From: Eledone cirrhosa
Taxonomy: Eukaryota
Assembly: GCA_964016885.1 (NCBI GenBank)
Contig: OZ024747.1
Span: forward strand, 37,138,001-37,202,000
Direction: 5' to 3'
DNA length: 64,000 nt
The position numbers and the translations under genes are program-made. The stretch's first letter is position 1. Each line of letters starts with the position of its first letter. Of the stretch, positions 1 through 13,590 are shown in pieces. Below the pieces are notes generated by a model. It was not told the origin of the DNA, searched no databases, and saw only the letters and a program-made list of their open reading frames with translations.

Positions 1-159
1 TTCAGATCGAGTTTTCAAAAATTGAACTGTACGTTTAGCAATGTCGTTCAGAGATGAAGCATGTATGTCTTCTGTTTGGGAAAGGCAATGCCATGTGTTT
101 ATTAGAATGTCGATTTCATTATCAGACCAGTTCTGTTTGGATTTTTGCTGGTTAGCCAT
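1..159 (-). CDS. Possible N-terminus of a Myb/SANT-like domain protein, running off the window edge
   Basis: Manual translation from ATG at 159: MANQQKSKQNWSDNEIDILINTWHCLSQTEDIHASSLNDIAKRTVQFLKTRSE, open to base 1. The W(S/T)xxExxxLxxxW pattern resembles Myb/SANT-like helix 1. Confidence 0.35.
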   Translation of the reverse strand, partial: MANQQKSKQNWSDNEIDILINTWHCLSQTEDIHASSLNDIAKRTVQFLKTRSE

Positions 160-510
160 TCTAGTTTTGAGTGTGTGTGTGTGTTTTAGTTAAGTATTTC
201 AATATATATATATTTTTTTTTTTAAATTTATTTTTGATTTATTTTTGTTTTTTGTTTTTCTTGTGTGTGAGTGAGAAGAGTATATATATAAATATGAGTA
301 TATATATATATATATATATATGTATATTCTGGTTATTTGAAATTAATTAAGTTAATGAAAAGACGAAAGTATATAATAATAATTTGTAGTTAAAGGAAAA
401 TGTACTCACAAGTTCGAAAACACGTGGTTTCAAATATATAATAATATAGATGTATGTAAATGTATTAACCGGTCAAATGCAGATTGAACAACTGAGACTG
501 CACCAACGTG

Positions 511-546
<36 letters not shown>

Positions 547-1038
547 TACATACATACATACATACATACATACACACATATATGGTGCAGTCTCAGTTGT
601 TCAATCTGCATGTATACAAATATAACTTAATCGTAGACGTCGGCTGCAGGCGGCGCACTAATATGTGTATGTATGTACACACACATATCACACATATCAC
701 TAGACAGTTTGGCGTGTAGTTTGGGGCTGATTTTCTGTGTGGGGTGGGATTGTGGTGGTGATGGTGCCTTTATGATACTGGATGAAAGATTGCGATGTTT
801 TGGGTGTTGGGTGTGGTAGGGGATTGTTAAGGGGACTAATATTATAAGGAGTTAATGATCAGGTGTAAGTAGAAGCATATATATATATATATAATTAAGT
901 TAAAAGTGTGTGTATTCATATGCATACTAGTATTTCAGTATACATATGTGGATGTACATTTTTAACTTAATTGTTTAAGCGTCAGTCATACAAAAGTGAG
1001 TTACAAACGAAACGAAATTTAATTTCGTTTCGTTATTT

Positions 1039-1141
<103 letters not shown>

Positions 1142-1809
1142 TATAGGATATACATACACATGTCTGTATACACACTAGTAGGGAAACTTAGTGTGTGTAT
1201 GTGTGTAAACACACGTACACACATACACATACACACTCGTTCACATGCATGCACAAAGTATAAGCATATGGATCTATACACACACCCTCACACAAATCCT
1301 GGCAAGCGCACATACACACAATACACACACACACACATATAAATAAGATAGACATATATCTGTGTGCACACACACACACACACACAAGTGATGGAACCCT
1401 TTGTGGGCGGGGGTGTAGACGTACACACACACACAAGTGATGGATTCCTTTATGGGTGGGGGTGTAGACGTACACACAAACACACATACACATACACACA
1501 CAGGCACGTATAAATCCATGCACACGTAGACACCCACACACGCACACACATATAAAAAAATGCACATAAATACATATGTACATATATAAACACATATATA
1601 TATATATATACATACACACAAGATATACTCGGGTATGCGTGCACACACGCAAGTGGTGGGTGATATTGTGAGTGCGGGTGTAAACACACACATACACACA
1701 GAGAGTCACACTCATACATGTCTTACTGGCTCTCACTACCACACACACACACACGTATGGGACCCCTACACACACCCACATCTACACATGTACATTAGTA
1801 GACCGACGT

Positions 1810-4800
1810 GTACACAGGTACTCACGATCACACGTACATACAGACGTGCACTTCACCCTACACAGGTAATCACGATCACACGTACAGACAGACGTGCACT
1901 TTACCCTACACAGGTACTCACAATCACACGTACAGAGAGACATGCACTTTACCCTACACAGGTACTCACAATCACACGTACAGACAGACGTGCACTTCAC
2001 CCTACACAGGTACTCACAATCACACGTACAGACAGACATGCACTTTACCCTACACAGGTACTCACAATCACACGTACAGACAGACGTGCACTTCACCCTA
2101 CACAGGTACTCACGATCACACGTACAGACAGACAGACATGCACTTGACCCTACACAGGTAATCACAATCAGACGTACAGACAGACGTGCACTTCACCCTA
2201 CACAGGTACTCACAATCACACGTACAGACAGACGTGCACTTCACCCTACACAGGTAATCACAATAAGACGTACAGACAGACGTGCACTTCGCCCTACACA
2301 GGTACTCACAATCACACGTACAGACAGACGTGCACTTCACCTTACACAGCTACTCACAATCACAAGTACAGACAGACGTACACTTCACCCTACACAGGTA
2401 ATCACGATAAGACGTACAGACAGACGTGCACTTCACCCTACACAGATACTCACAATCACACGTACAGACAGACGTGCACTTGACCCTACACAGGTAATCA
2501 CGATCACACGTACAGACAGATATGCACTTCACCCTACACAGGTAATCACAACTACACGTAAAGACAGATATGCACTTCACCCTACACAGGTAATCATAAT
2601 CACACGTACAGACAGACGTGCACTTCAACCTACACAGGTAATCACAATCACACGTACAGACAGACATGCACTTCACCCTACACAGGTAATCACGATCACA
2701 CGTACAGACAGATATGCACTTCACCCTACACAGGTAATCACAACTACACGTAAAGACAGATATGCACTTCACCCTACACAGGTAATCATAATCACACGTA
2801 CAGACAGACGTGCACTTCAACCTACACAGGTAATCACAATCACACGTACAGACAGACATGCACTTCACCCTACACAGGTACTCACAATTACACGTAGAGA
2901 CAGACGTGCACTTCACCCTACACAGGTACTCACAATCACACGTACAGATAGACGTGCACTTCACCCTACATAGGTAATCAAGATCACACGTACAGACAGA
3001 CATGCACTTCACCCTACACAGGTAATCACGATCACACGTAAAGACAGACATGCACTTCACCCTACACAAGTAATCACGATCACACGTACATACAGACGTG
3101 CACGTCACCCTACACAGGTACTCACAATCACACGTACAGAGAGACGTGCACTTCAACCTACACAGGTACTCACGATCACACGTACAGACAGACATGCACT
3201 TCACCCTACACAGGTAATCACGATCACACGTACAGACAGACGTGCACTTCACCCTACACAGGTACTCACGATCACACGTACAGACAGACATGCACTTCAC
3301 CCTACACAGGTAATCACGATCACACGTACAGACAGACATGCACTTCACCCTACACAGGTAATCATGATCACACGTACAGACAGACATGCACTTCACCCTA
3401 CACAGGTACTCACGATCACACGTACAGACAGACATGCACTTCACTCTACACAGGTAATCCCAATCACGCGTACAGACAGACATGCACTTCCCCCTACACA
3501 GGTAATCACGATCACAGGTACAGACAGACATGCCCTTCACCCTACACAGGTAATCATGATCACACGTACAGACAGACATGCACTTCACCCTACACAGGTA
3601 CTCACGATCACACGTACTGACAGACGTGCACTTCACCCTACACAGGTACTCACGATCACACGTACAGACAGACATGCTCTTCACCCTACAGAGGTACTCA
3701 CGATCACACGTAGAGACAGACATGCACTTCACCCTACACAGGTAATCACGATCACACGTACAGACATACGTGCACTTCACCCTACACAGGTACTCACGAT
3801 CACACGTACAGACAGACATGCACTTCACCCTACACAGGTAATCACGATCACACGTACAGACAGACGTGCACTTCACCCTACACAGGTAATCCCAATCACA
3901 CGTACAGACAGACATGCACTTCACCCTACACAGGTAATCCCAATCACACGTACAGACAGACATGAACTTCACCCTACACAGGTACTCACGATCACACGTA
4001 CAGACAGACATGCACTTCACCCTACACAGGTAATCATGATCACACGTACAGACAGACATGCACTTCACCCTACACAGGTAATCATGATCACACTTACAGA
4101 CAGACGTGCACTTCACCCTACACAGGTAATCACGATCAGACGTACAGACAGACATGCACTTCACCCTACACAGGTACTCACGATCACACGTACAGACAGA
4201 CATGCACTTCACCCTACACAGGTAATCCCAATCACAGGTACAGACAGACATGCACTTCACCCTACACAGGAAATCCAAAACACACGTACAGACAGACATG
4301 CACTTCAACCTACACAGGTAATCACGATCACACGTACAGACAGACGTGCACTTCACCCTACGCAGGTAATCACGATCACACGTACAGACAGACATGCACT
4401 TCATCCTACACAGGTAATCATGATCACACGTACAGACAGACATGCACTTCACCCTACACTGGTACTCACGATCACACGTACAGACAGACATGCACTTCAC
4501 TCTACACAGGTAATCCCAATCACGCGTACAGACAGACATGCACTTCACCCTACACAGGTAATCACGATCACACGTACAGACAGACATGCACTTCACCCTA
4601 CACAGGTAATCACAATCACACTTACAGACATACGTGCACTTCACCCTACACAGGTAATCCCAATCACACGTACAGACAGACATGAACTTCACCCTACACA
4701 GGTACTCACGATCACACGTACAGACAGACATGCACTTCACCCTACACAGGTAATCATGATCTCACGTACAGACAGACGTGCACTTCACCCTACACAGGTA

Positions 4801-5942
4801 CTCACGATCACACGTACAGACAGACATGCACTTCACCCTACACAGGTAATCACAATCACACGTACAGACAGACGTGCACTTCACCCTACACAGGTAATCC
4901 CAATCACACGTACAGACAGACATGCACTTAACCCTACACAGGTAATCCCAATCACACGTACAGACAGACATGAACTTCACTCTACACAGGTAATCCCAAT
5001 CACACGTACAGACAGACATGAACTTCACCCTACACAGGTACTCACGATCACACGTACAGACAGACATGCACTTCACCCTACACAGGTACTCACAATCACA
5101 CGTACAGACAGACATGCACTTCACCCTACACAGGTAATCATGATCACACGTACAGACAGACATGCACTTCACCCTACACAGGTACTCACAATCACACGTA
5201 CAGACAGACACGGACTTCACCCTACACAGGTACTCACAATCACACGTACTGACAGACACGGACTTCACCCTACACAGGTACTCACAATCACACGTACAGA
5301 CAGACATGCACTTCGCCCTACACAAGTAATCCCGATCACACGTACAGACAGACATGCACTTCGCCCTACACAAGTAAACACGATCACACGTACAGACAGA
5401 CATGCACTTCACCCTACACAGGTAATCACGATCACACGTCCAGACAGACATGCACTTCGCCCTACACAAGTAATCACGATCACACGTACAGACAGACATG
5501 CACTTCGCCCTACACAAGTAATCACGATCACACGTACAGACAGACATGCACTTCACCCTACACAGGTACTCACAATCACACGTACAGACAGACATGCACT
5601 TCACCCTACACAGGTACTCACGATCACACGTACAGACAGACATGCACTTCACCCTACACAGGTAATCATGATCAGACGTACAGACAGACATGCACTTCAC
5701 CCTACACAAGTATTCACGATCACACGTACAGACAGACATGCACTTCGCTTTACACAAGTAATCACGATCACACGTACAGACAGACATGCACTTCACTCTA
5801 CACAGGTACTCACGATCACACGTACAGACAGACATGCACTTCACCCTACACAGGTAATCATGATCAGACGTACAGACAGACATGCACTTCACCCTACACA
5901 AGTAATCACGATCACACGTACAGACAGACACCATACACAGGC
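1810..5942 (+). repeat. 48-bp minisatellite array, about 86 units
   Basis: Unit CACACGTACAGACAGACATGCACTTCACCCTACACAGGTAATCACGAT; gives the 16-aa periodicity seen in the ORF track. Confidence 0.97.
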
Positions 5943-6299
5943 ACGTGTGGGAGTGGTAGAGAGGGTATGAGGAACGATGTGGAATAGAGGTGAAGTTAGA
6001 GATACAATATTTGGTGATGTGAACAGGTGTGGTGAAATGTGTGTTGTGTTGGTTGCATGGTCGTGTCTCGTGGGATATGGTATGTGGTGTTGATGGTTGT
6101 GGATGTATGGCGGTGGGTGTGGTGGGGGGGGGGGGGGGGTATGGCTGTGTGTTTGGTGGTGGTGGGGGTGATGGTTGTGGATGTATGGCGGTGTGTTTGG
6201 TGGGGTGGTGATGAACGCGACATGACTTTTACAAGATCGAATCTTGCATTGGGTTACAGGTTAAAGTATGACAGAGAAAACAATTCTACTGAAATGGTA

Positions 6300-7630
6300 C
6301 TCAATGATTGCCAATTAGATAGACTACACAAACGACTTAGATACATCTTTAAAACCCAAGGATTAGCGGTAGAAATAGAACCCAACAGTAGGACAGTAAA
6401 CTTCTTAGACAGTAAACTTCTTAGACGTCACATTAGAATTAGACACAGGTCTCTACCGCCCTTACCAAACACCCAACGAAAACCTGAAATATGTCAACAG
6501 AAACTCCAACCACCCTAGGAGCATAATTACTCGATAGTTAAAAGTGTTTCCCACAGAGTGTCCACCCTGTCGGCTAATAGATCTACGTATCTTCAACCAG
6601 CACGCGGAATACTATAACTCCGCACTTGAAAAGGCGAGGTACAATGAGAAGGTAACTTACAATGACCAAACCAGAAGCGCAACGCCGCTAAATCCAAACA
6701 GACCCTTAAAAACACAAATAGACGATGACACCCCGCCATAGAATAACTACAACACAAAGACCACCCTTAGCCGGCAGGACATACAACTACCAAGGAGATA
6801 AAGCTATACCTTCCAACCCCATTAAGGTCTCGGAACATTGCACATGACTACGTAGTAATAGAGACCCTAGATTAAACGGCGATAGAATAGCAGGAACTCC
6901 CAAGACAAATACACCTTACCAAAACACACCCACACACACTCACCATGCTAAAACAACCGCACTAAACGGTGTAAGGCCCGGAGCAGACCCGTGACCTGGT
7001 ACAACGCTCCGTACTCTATACACGTTTCTACCACTGTGACCGGGAACCTTCTTCAGGGCCCTTGACCAATCCTTCCCACCCACACTCAAATGCCACAAGC
7101 TCTTTAATAGGCACGCTATCAAATTCTCTTTCCCCACAACACCAAATCTAGGCGACACGATAGCATATACAAATAGGACAAAAATACGCAAACAGATGCA
7201 AGCATCACAACCAACCACTAGCACAGCTTAAAACAATACTGCACAAATAACACATCACAACAACCAACTACATGCTACCTCCAAACAGAATCCGAACAAC
7301 TGGAAACTTAGCAACAACCCCATAACCCCCAGCTGTAATTGCAAAAAGCGTGGATTGCCTCGTTAAAAACACTATACCGACCGAGAGGAATACCCCTATA
7401 AGGCGCCACCTCGACTACATTTAAAGAGCGTTTATAGCTCTTTCAACTACAGGCCCAAACTCTCCCAAACCACACTGGCAGATTTGATTTGAGACCTCAA
7501 GGTAAAGAACCTGGAATACCAGATCAAATGATCCGTTAAGAGATGCGTGGCCCAATCCCCCACTGGCGGAAACCACTGAAGGTTATGCCTGGCCGAGTCG
7601 GCCGTGATCATCAAATTGAAATCGGTCATA
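6300..7630 (+). pseudogene. Decayed Penelope-like element: RT C-terminal part, linker and GIY-YIG C-terminal region
   Basis: Frameshifted motifs RLRYIFKTQGL..VNFLDVTL..LYRPY..YVNRNSNHP, HKLFNRHAIKFSFPTTPNL, SCNCK, TTLADLI*DLK..IK*SV..RLCLAESAVII, typical of PLE RT-EN proteins. Confidence 0.8.
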
Positions 7631-7646
7631 AACTCTAGATCAGACA

Positions 7647-7830
7647 TAATTGTTTCTACTTTTGGCACAAGGCCAGCAATCACCCAGTACATTACTGGTA
7701 CTTTATTTTAACGACCCCGTAAGGATGGAAGGCAAAGTTAACCTTGACGGGATTTGAACTCAGGCCGTAAAGGGACGTAACTATGCTGGAAAGCATGGCG
7801 TCAAACCCACTACCGATACTTCCAAAACTG
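7647..7830 (-). mobile_element. tRNA-derived SINE copy
   Basis: Reverse complement of the SINE at 44985-45180, with B-box-like GAGTTCAAATCCC and GCCTTCCATCCTTACGGGGTCG body. Confidence 0.85.
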
Positions 7831-8194
7831 CAGACACACCAGGAAAAACATCTCCGCCCTGACATTCGCCATGTGCCACGGACAAACCCTGACTCGTACT
7901 CAACATAGGGATAAGGACCATTGCCTTATCACACCATTTCACATTTCAGTACCATTGGTTTCTCTGTCATACTTTAACCTGTAACCTATTGTAAGATTTG
8001 ATCCTGTAAATGTCACATACATCACCCCCATCACCACCACCACCAGACACACCACCATACATCCACAACCATCGACCCCACCACCACCACCACAAAACAA
8101 ATCTCCACACCTGTTCACATCCCCACATATTGTATCTCTAACTTCACCTCTATTCCACATCGTTCCTCATACCCTCTCTACCACTCCCACACGT

Positions 8195-9058
8195 GCCTGT
8201 GTAGGGTGTCTGTCTGTACGTGTGATCGTGAGTACCTGTGTAGGGTGAAGTCCATGTCTGTCTGTACGTGTAATTGTGAGTACCTATGTAGGGTGAAGTG
8301 CATGTCTGTCTGTACGTGTGATTGTGAGTACCTGTGTAGGGTGAAGTGCACGTCTGTCTGTACGTGTGATTGTGAGTACCTGTGTAGGGTGAAGTGCACG
8401 TCTGTCTGTACGTGTGATCGTGATTACCTGTGTAGGGTGAAGTGCACGTCTGTCTGTACGTGTGATCGCGATTACCTCTGTAGGGTGAAGTGCATGTCTG
8501 TCTGTACCTGTGATCGTGATTACCTGTGTAGGGTGAAGTGCATGTCTATCTGTACGTGTGATCGTGAGTACCTGTGTAGGGTGAAGTGCATGTCTGTCTG
8601 TACGTGTGATTGTGAGTACCTGTGTAGGGTGAAGTGCATGTCTGTCTGTACGTGTGATCGTGATAACCTGTGTAGGGTGAAGTGCATGTCTGTCTGTACA
8701 TGTGATCGTTAGTGCCTGTGTAGGGTGAAGTGCATGTCTGTCTGTACGTGTGATCGTGATTACCTGTGTAGGGTGAAGTGCATGTCTGTCTGTACGTGTG
8801 ATCGTGATTACCTGTGTAGGGTGAAGTGCATGTCTGTCTGTACGTGTGATTGTGATTACCTGTGTAGGGTGAAGTGCATGTCTGTCTGTACGTGTGATTG
8901 TGATTACCTGTGTAGGGTGAAGTACATGTCTGTCTGTACGTGTGATTGGGATTACCTGTGTAGGGTGAAGTGCACGTCTGTCTGTACGTGTGATTGTGAT
9001 TACCTGTGTAGGGTGAAGTGCATGTCTGTCTGTACGTGTGATTGGGATTACCTGTGTA
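8195..9058 (-). repeat. Inverted copy of the 48-bp minisatellite, about 18 units
   Basis: Reverse complement of the 1810-5942 unit; the adjoining unique sequence 7940-8210 is also an inverted match to 5930-6300. Confidence 0.97.
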
Positions 9059-9171
9059 CGCCTGGGTGTACTAATGTGCATATATATATATTATATATTA
9101 TATATTATGAAATACTGTTGGCTTCTTGTTACAATACTTTATATACCTTTCATTTATATATATATATATAT

Positions 9172-9281
9172 AAGTTATTCCGGGTTGAATTGGAGGTAAC
9201 CACAGTAAGTAAAGTACTCAATACAAAGCAGAGTATAAAAGTTTTAATATAGAAGAGCTTCTACAGGATTAGAGCTTCTAC

Positions 9282-9287
<6 letters not shown>
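9172..9287 (-). mobile_element. Short (TA)n-flanked element end, related to 17417-17582
   Basis: CCGGGTTGAATTGGAGGTAACCACAGTAAGTAAAGTACTC and GCTTCTACAGGA resemble 17419-17515; carries the ACTC..GAGTACT hairpin on the minus strand. Confidence 0.6.
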
Positions 9288-9326
<39 letters not shown>

Positions 9327-9381
9327 GTGAGGTTCTTTTTTACAAAATGAAGAAAAACCACAGACCCTCCATCTCAACTCA

Positions 9382-9419
9382 CCTTTTGAAAAGCAGAAGA
9401 ACTGCGAAACCGGTAAAGG
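9382..9419 (+). ncRNA. Minimal type I hammerhead ribozyme, U3-A8 variant
   Basis: CCTT-TTGAAAA-GCAG(AAGAA)CTGC-GAAA-CCGG-TA-AAGG: stem I CCTT/AAGG, stem II GCAG/CTGC, palindromic ACCGGT stem III, GUA triplet. Confidence 0.75.
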
Positions 9420-9488
9420 AACCAAATAAATATATATATTTTTTAAAAAAATAAGACTTCAGTTGCATTTTCGATTTCATCTCTTTTT

Positions 9489-9552
<64 letters not shown>

Positions 9553-10579
9553 ATTTATGTATGTATACACCTCTATATATACCCATGTAATTAAACACGT
9601 TTGTATGTCTGATTATTTTTATTATATGTATTTGTATAAGGAGGGTGCATGGGAGAGGGAGATAGAATGAGGAAAAGGTTTAATTGAACATAGACGCCTA
9701 ATCTAAGGCAATCTTCTTGTTCATTGTTCGTAGTAATGTGTTGTTTTTAAAGACAATGGCTGATGTCGGGAATATGAGATGGAAAATTTGATTTATGTTT
9801 ATATTGATTATTACTTTTGTCTGTGGCTTCTTTCCTGTTTATCTTAGACCACACTTAACCAGAAAATAAGATTTTCCTTCGATGCAGACAGATTTGGATA
9901 GATGAGGCATTTATAACACAACAATGTACTTCCTTCTCTCTCTCTCATTCTCTTTCATCACTTCCTTTCTCCTCTTCTTTCACTACTCTCATTTCCTTTG
10001 TGAAGTTCAATTTCTTGAGGTCATTCTTCACAACTTTGTCCTTTGTTTTTCTACGTCTCTCTCTTCCACGGGTCCCAACCACATCAAACATTTCTTTATA
10101 GAGTTCTAACTCTCTTTATGCATCATGATTCAATTCTTCTTATACTCAGCTTCTCTTTATGTTATAACTTGTAACTCAATAAAATTAACTAGGCTTTCAT
10201 TAAGTTGTATAATAGTATTGACTCAACTTAATTGACTTTCTATATATAACCCACTTGCATAATTTGCTGTGTATATCTAATTATTTAATGTTAAATATAC
10301 GAACCTATACGAGTAATCAAGTGAGCCATAATGTGGTCGTCCGACATACTAGAGGAAACAACCAAATCTCTCACAAATCACACGTAACCATCGTAAGATG
10401 GAAAAGACATACTGAATATTACGTTATGTCTGAAGAGAAAGACGGCATAGTAATTAGATATTATTTATTGAACTACAACTACAACTGCAACAACCATCTT
10501 AAATATGAAGCTTGTGTGAAAAATCTATGTTACTAATATTTTCCAATTGTTTCTTAATATTATTTCTTTCATGATCACC

Positions 10580-10775
10580 AGAATTGATAGAGCTTCGGAT
10601 AAAATGCCATTGCACAATTTGTTCTGGCTCTTTACATTCGGAGTTCAAGTCTCGCCGAGGACACCTTTGCATGTCATCATTCGGGGGTCGATAAAATAAA
10701 ATACCAGTCATGTTCTAGGGTCAATTTAATCAACTTAGCACTTGCCCCAATTTTACTGGTCTTGTGCCTAAATTC
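10580..10775 (+). mobile_element. Degenerate tRNA-derived SINE
   Basis: GAGTTCAAGTCTCGCCGAGG...CATTCGGGGGTCGATAAAATAAAATACCAG...CTGGTCTTGTGCCTAAA matches the other SINE copies. Confidence 0.7.
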
Positions 10776-11492
10776 AGCATTTATTTCATGCATATCCCAT
10801 ATTCATAAAACGAATTATATGAAATAAATAGTATGTGATGTATAATTCTCTGAGTAATTACATGATGGCTATAACCTGACATTAAATCAAGTTCACAGAT
10901 TCAGAGTACCTGATCGTATTACTACTGCTATTTTTCTTTTGTATACCTAGGACTAAATTTCCATACATGTCCTTATTTTCTTAAATAGGCAATGTGTGAG
11001 TTGGTGCAACGTTTGACTTCTATTTCTAAGCACATGGAGCAGCTACATTAGTGGCTCTTTCGCTGGCTAAGATGTAAGGTAAGATGTGTGAGTGTTTAGA
11101 AAGAGAAAGTTAGACAGACAGACATACCGAATAATGTAGTCTTAGATACACTACACAGAATAATGTAGTTTTAGTTACACTATTCTAGAAAGAATTAAGG
11201 AATGTTCATGACTGGGACACCATTAATCATAGGCTTGCTCTATCATAGTGACCTGGGGTTAAACAGCAGGAACAGAAATAGATTCAAAAGTATTTTAGAA
11301 CTGATAACATTGAGCATATTTCACATCTATCAAGTTTTACCCTTGCTTTCCTATAATCATCGACAGTCATTCTGACTTCAATCATCTTTTGTTGTATCTT
11401 TTAGTTTTGTTTTATTTCTAAAATTATTCAATGTCTATCGCATCTCAAAAAATATTTTCTAATTATAGTTTATGTATTTCATTTGATTTTTC

Positions 11493-11573
<81 letters not shown>

Positions 11574-12464
11574 TCCATATATATATATATATATAATTCA
11601 TTGTCTCTCTTTCTCTCTGCCTGTTTCCTTATGAATTCTCAAATGGTTCGACCAAATCAAATCAAATTTTACAATAGTATTAGACCCCGGGATTAACAAC
11701 ATGTTTTTATTTTCATTTGGATTAAAACAATATAACATTTTATCTAAAATAATCTTTATATAGTCAACTATACTACGACGGCAACGACGACGTCACATTT
11801 TGTATATGAGTGTGTATGTGTTTGTGAGTATGTGTATGAGTACGCGTTCGTTACGTACGTTAGGCCTTAGCAAGTTACATACGAATACATCTTCACGTAA
11901 ATATTCTATCAGATACTTAGAGAATTAAACATACACACACATCTTCACATGTGATGACTGACAAGTATATGTGTGTTACTTTATGTGAGAGTGTATGTGT
12001 GTGTGGATGTATGGGAGAGTGTATATGTGTGTGTGAGTATACATACATTTCTGTGACGACTGATATAACAAAGGCTGGGGGGTATACTGTGTGTGTTTTT
12101 TATAAGCGTATGTTTCTGTGAGTGTATGTGTGTCTTCGTAGGTGAAACTGTGTGTTTGTATGAATGTATGACGGTGTGTGTGTGCTTTTATAAATTTGTG
12201 TGTGTGTATCTGTGTCTGTTCGTGCGTGAAACTCTGTGTGTGTTTGTATGAATGTATTATGTGTGTGTTTGTATGAATGTATGTCTGTATGTGTTTTTTT
12301 ATAAGTGTATGTTTGTGTGAGTGTATGTCTGTTCGTTAAATTAGTTAAATCATTTGCTTATATTTGGTTACACTGCATACAAAAATAATAATTAATATAT
12401 ATTTCTTTTGGATGTTGATACTTATTTGTTTACAATATTGAAATAAAAAATGTCTTTATTCTAA

Positions 12465-12720
12465 AAATTCCCCTCGTACCTACAGCTGTTCCATTTGAAT
12501 TTAAGAGGCTTCAGTTTCCAGTCAAACTAAGTTTTGTTATTTCAATTAATAAATCTCAAGGTCAATCCCTCAAGGTAGTTGGACTTGATCTCTCTGCTAC
12601 ATGTTTCTGCCACGGTCAACTCTCTTAGTTGCTCACGAGCTGGAAGCAACAATAATTTATTCTTTTGGACACCAACAACAAAATCACACAATGAATATTG
12701 TTTACCCTGAGGTGCTTCAA
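12465..12720 (+). pseudogene. Helitron PIF1-family helicase C-terminal fragment
   Basis: IPLVPTAVPFEFKRLQFPVKLSFVISINKSQGQSLKVVGLDL..CFCHGQL..CSR..NIVYPEVL; a degenerate 3' hairpin GGGCAACGCAGGG lies near 12846. Confidence 0.85.
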
Positions 12721-13033
12721 GATTGACAGATTTTCATTTCTAGATTCTATTATTATTACAATTTTGATAGTTTTTTTTTACAACATATAGATATTTTGAA
12801 AAAATTATGAAAAAAATTTATACCTTCATATTTATTGTTTACTAAGGGCAACGCAGGGTTATATATATATATATATTATATATATATAACTAATTCTCGA
12901 CTGATGTACATACATACATATATATATATATAATCTGAGTTTTTCGTTTGCAATTATGTAAACAAGCCTCAATTGTATAGCCATGTCAGTAGAATGAACA
13001 CTTCATTCTTGCTCTTGTGTTGGCATGCCAACA

Positions 13034-13083
13034 GAACTGCAGACACTAATGTTTCTGGCTATCACCCTTCATCAGTACAGCTC
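13034..13083 (-). ncRNA. Type I hammerhead ribozyme
   Basis: Minus strand GAGCTGTA-CTGATGA-AGGGTGATAGCCA-GAAA-CATTAGTG-TC-TGCAGTTC. Confidence 0.8.
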
Positions 13084-13275
13084 ATTGTTCACCTGCCAAA
13101 CTGTCAGAGCTAGTGAAAATATATGCTAGTTTCAATAATACACAGTGACTGATCGACCTGATTTGCATATTGGCAGACTGGCTGATCAGTCAGATCTGCA
13201 TATTAGCAGATCCACTGATCAGCCAGATTTGCATATCAGCAGAGTGGCCAGTCAGTTTCCAGGCAGGTGAACAGT

Positions 13276-13325
13276 GAGCTGTACTGATGAAGGGTGATAC
13301 CCAGAAACATTAGTGTCTGCAGTTC
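13276..13325 (+). ncRNA. Type I hammerhead ribozyme
   Basis: GAGCTGTA-CTGATGA-A-GGGT(GAT)ACCC-A-GAAA-CATTAGTG-TC-TGCAGTTC: 8-bp stem I including G-U pairs, GUC triplet. Confidence 0.88.
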
Positions 13326-13489
13326 TGTTCGCATGCCAACACAAGAGCAAGAATGAAGTGTTCATTCTACTGACATGGCTATAAAATTGAGGCTTGTTTG
13401 CATAATTGCAAACGAATCGAATGTTATTATTAATATTCGAAAAACTCAGATTACATTTATTATATTCAGCCATGTAGAGCGAAATCTTT

Positions 13490-13590
<101 letters not shown>

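Noticed and set aside
1006-1034. Perfect AT-rich palindrome AACGAAACGAAATT-T-AATTTCGTTTCGTT
   Set aside because: It is short and low-complexity, and no function can be supported.
1810-5942. CRISPR-like regular array
   Set aside because: The units are contiguous with no unique spacers, there are no cas genes, and the context is eukaryotic.
6215-6262. Possible hammerhead in the arms of the 7.3-kb fold-back (minus-strand hairpin TGCAAGATTCGATCTTGTA)
   Set aside because: No CUGANGA or GAAA core could be placed around the hairpin.
1635-9252. Long repetitive ORFs (up to 868 aa; Cys-rich on one strand, Thr/His-rich on the other)
   Set aside because: They result from a 48-bp unit, a multiple of 3 lacking stops in some frames. 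They are open on both strands with no unique domain.
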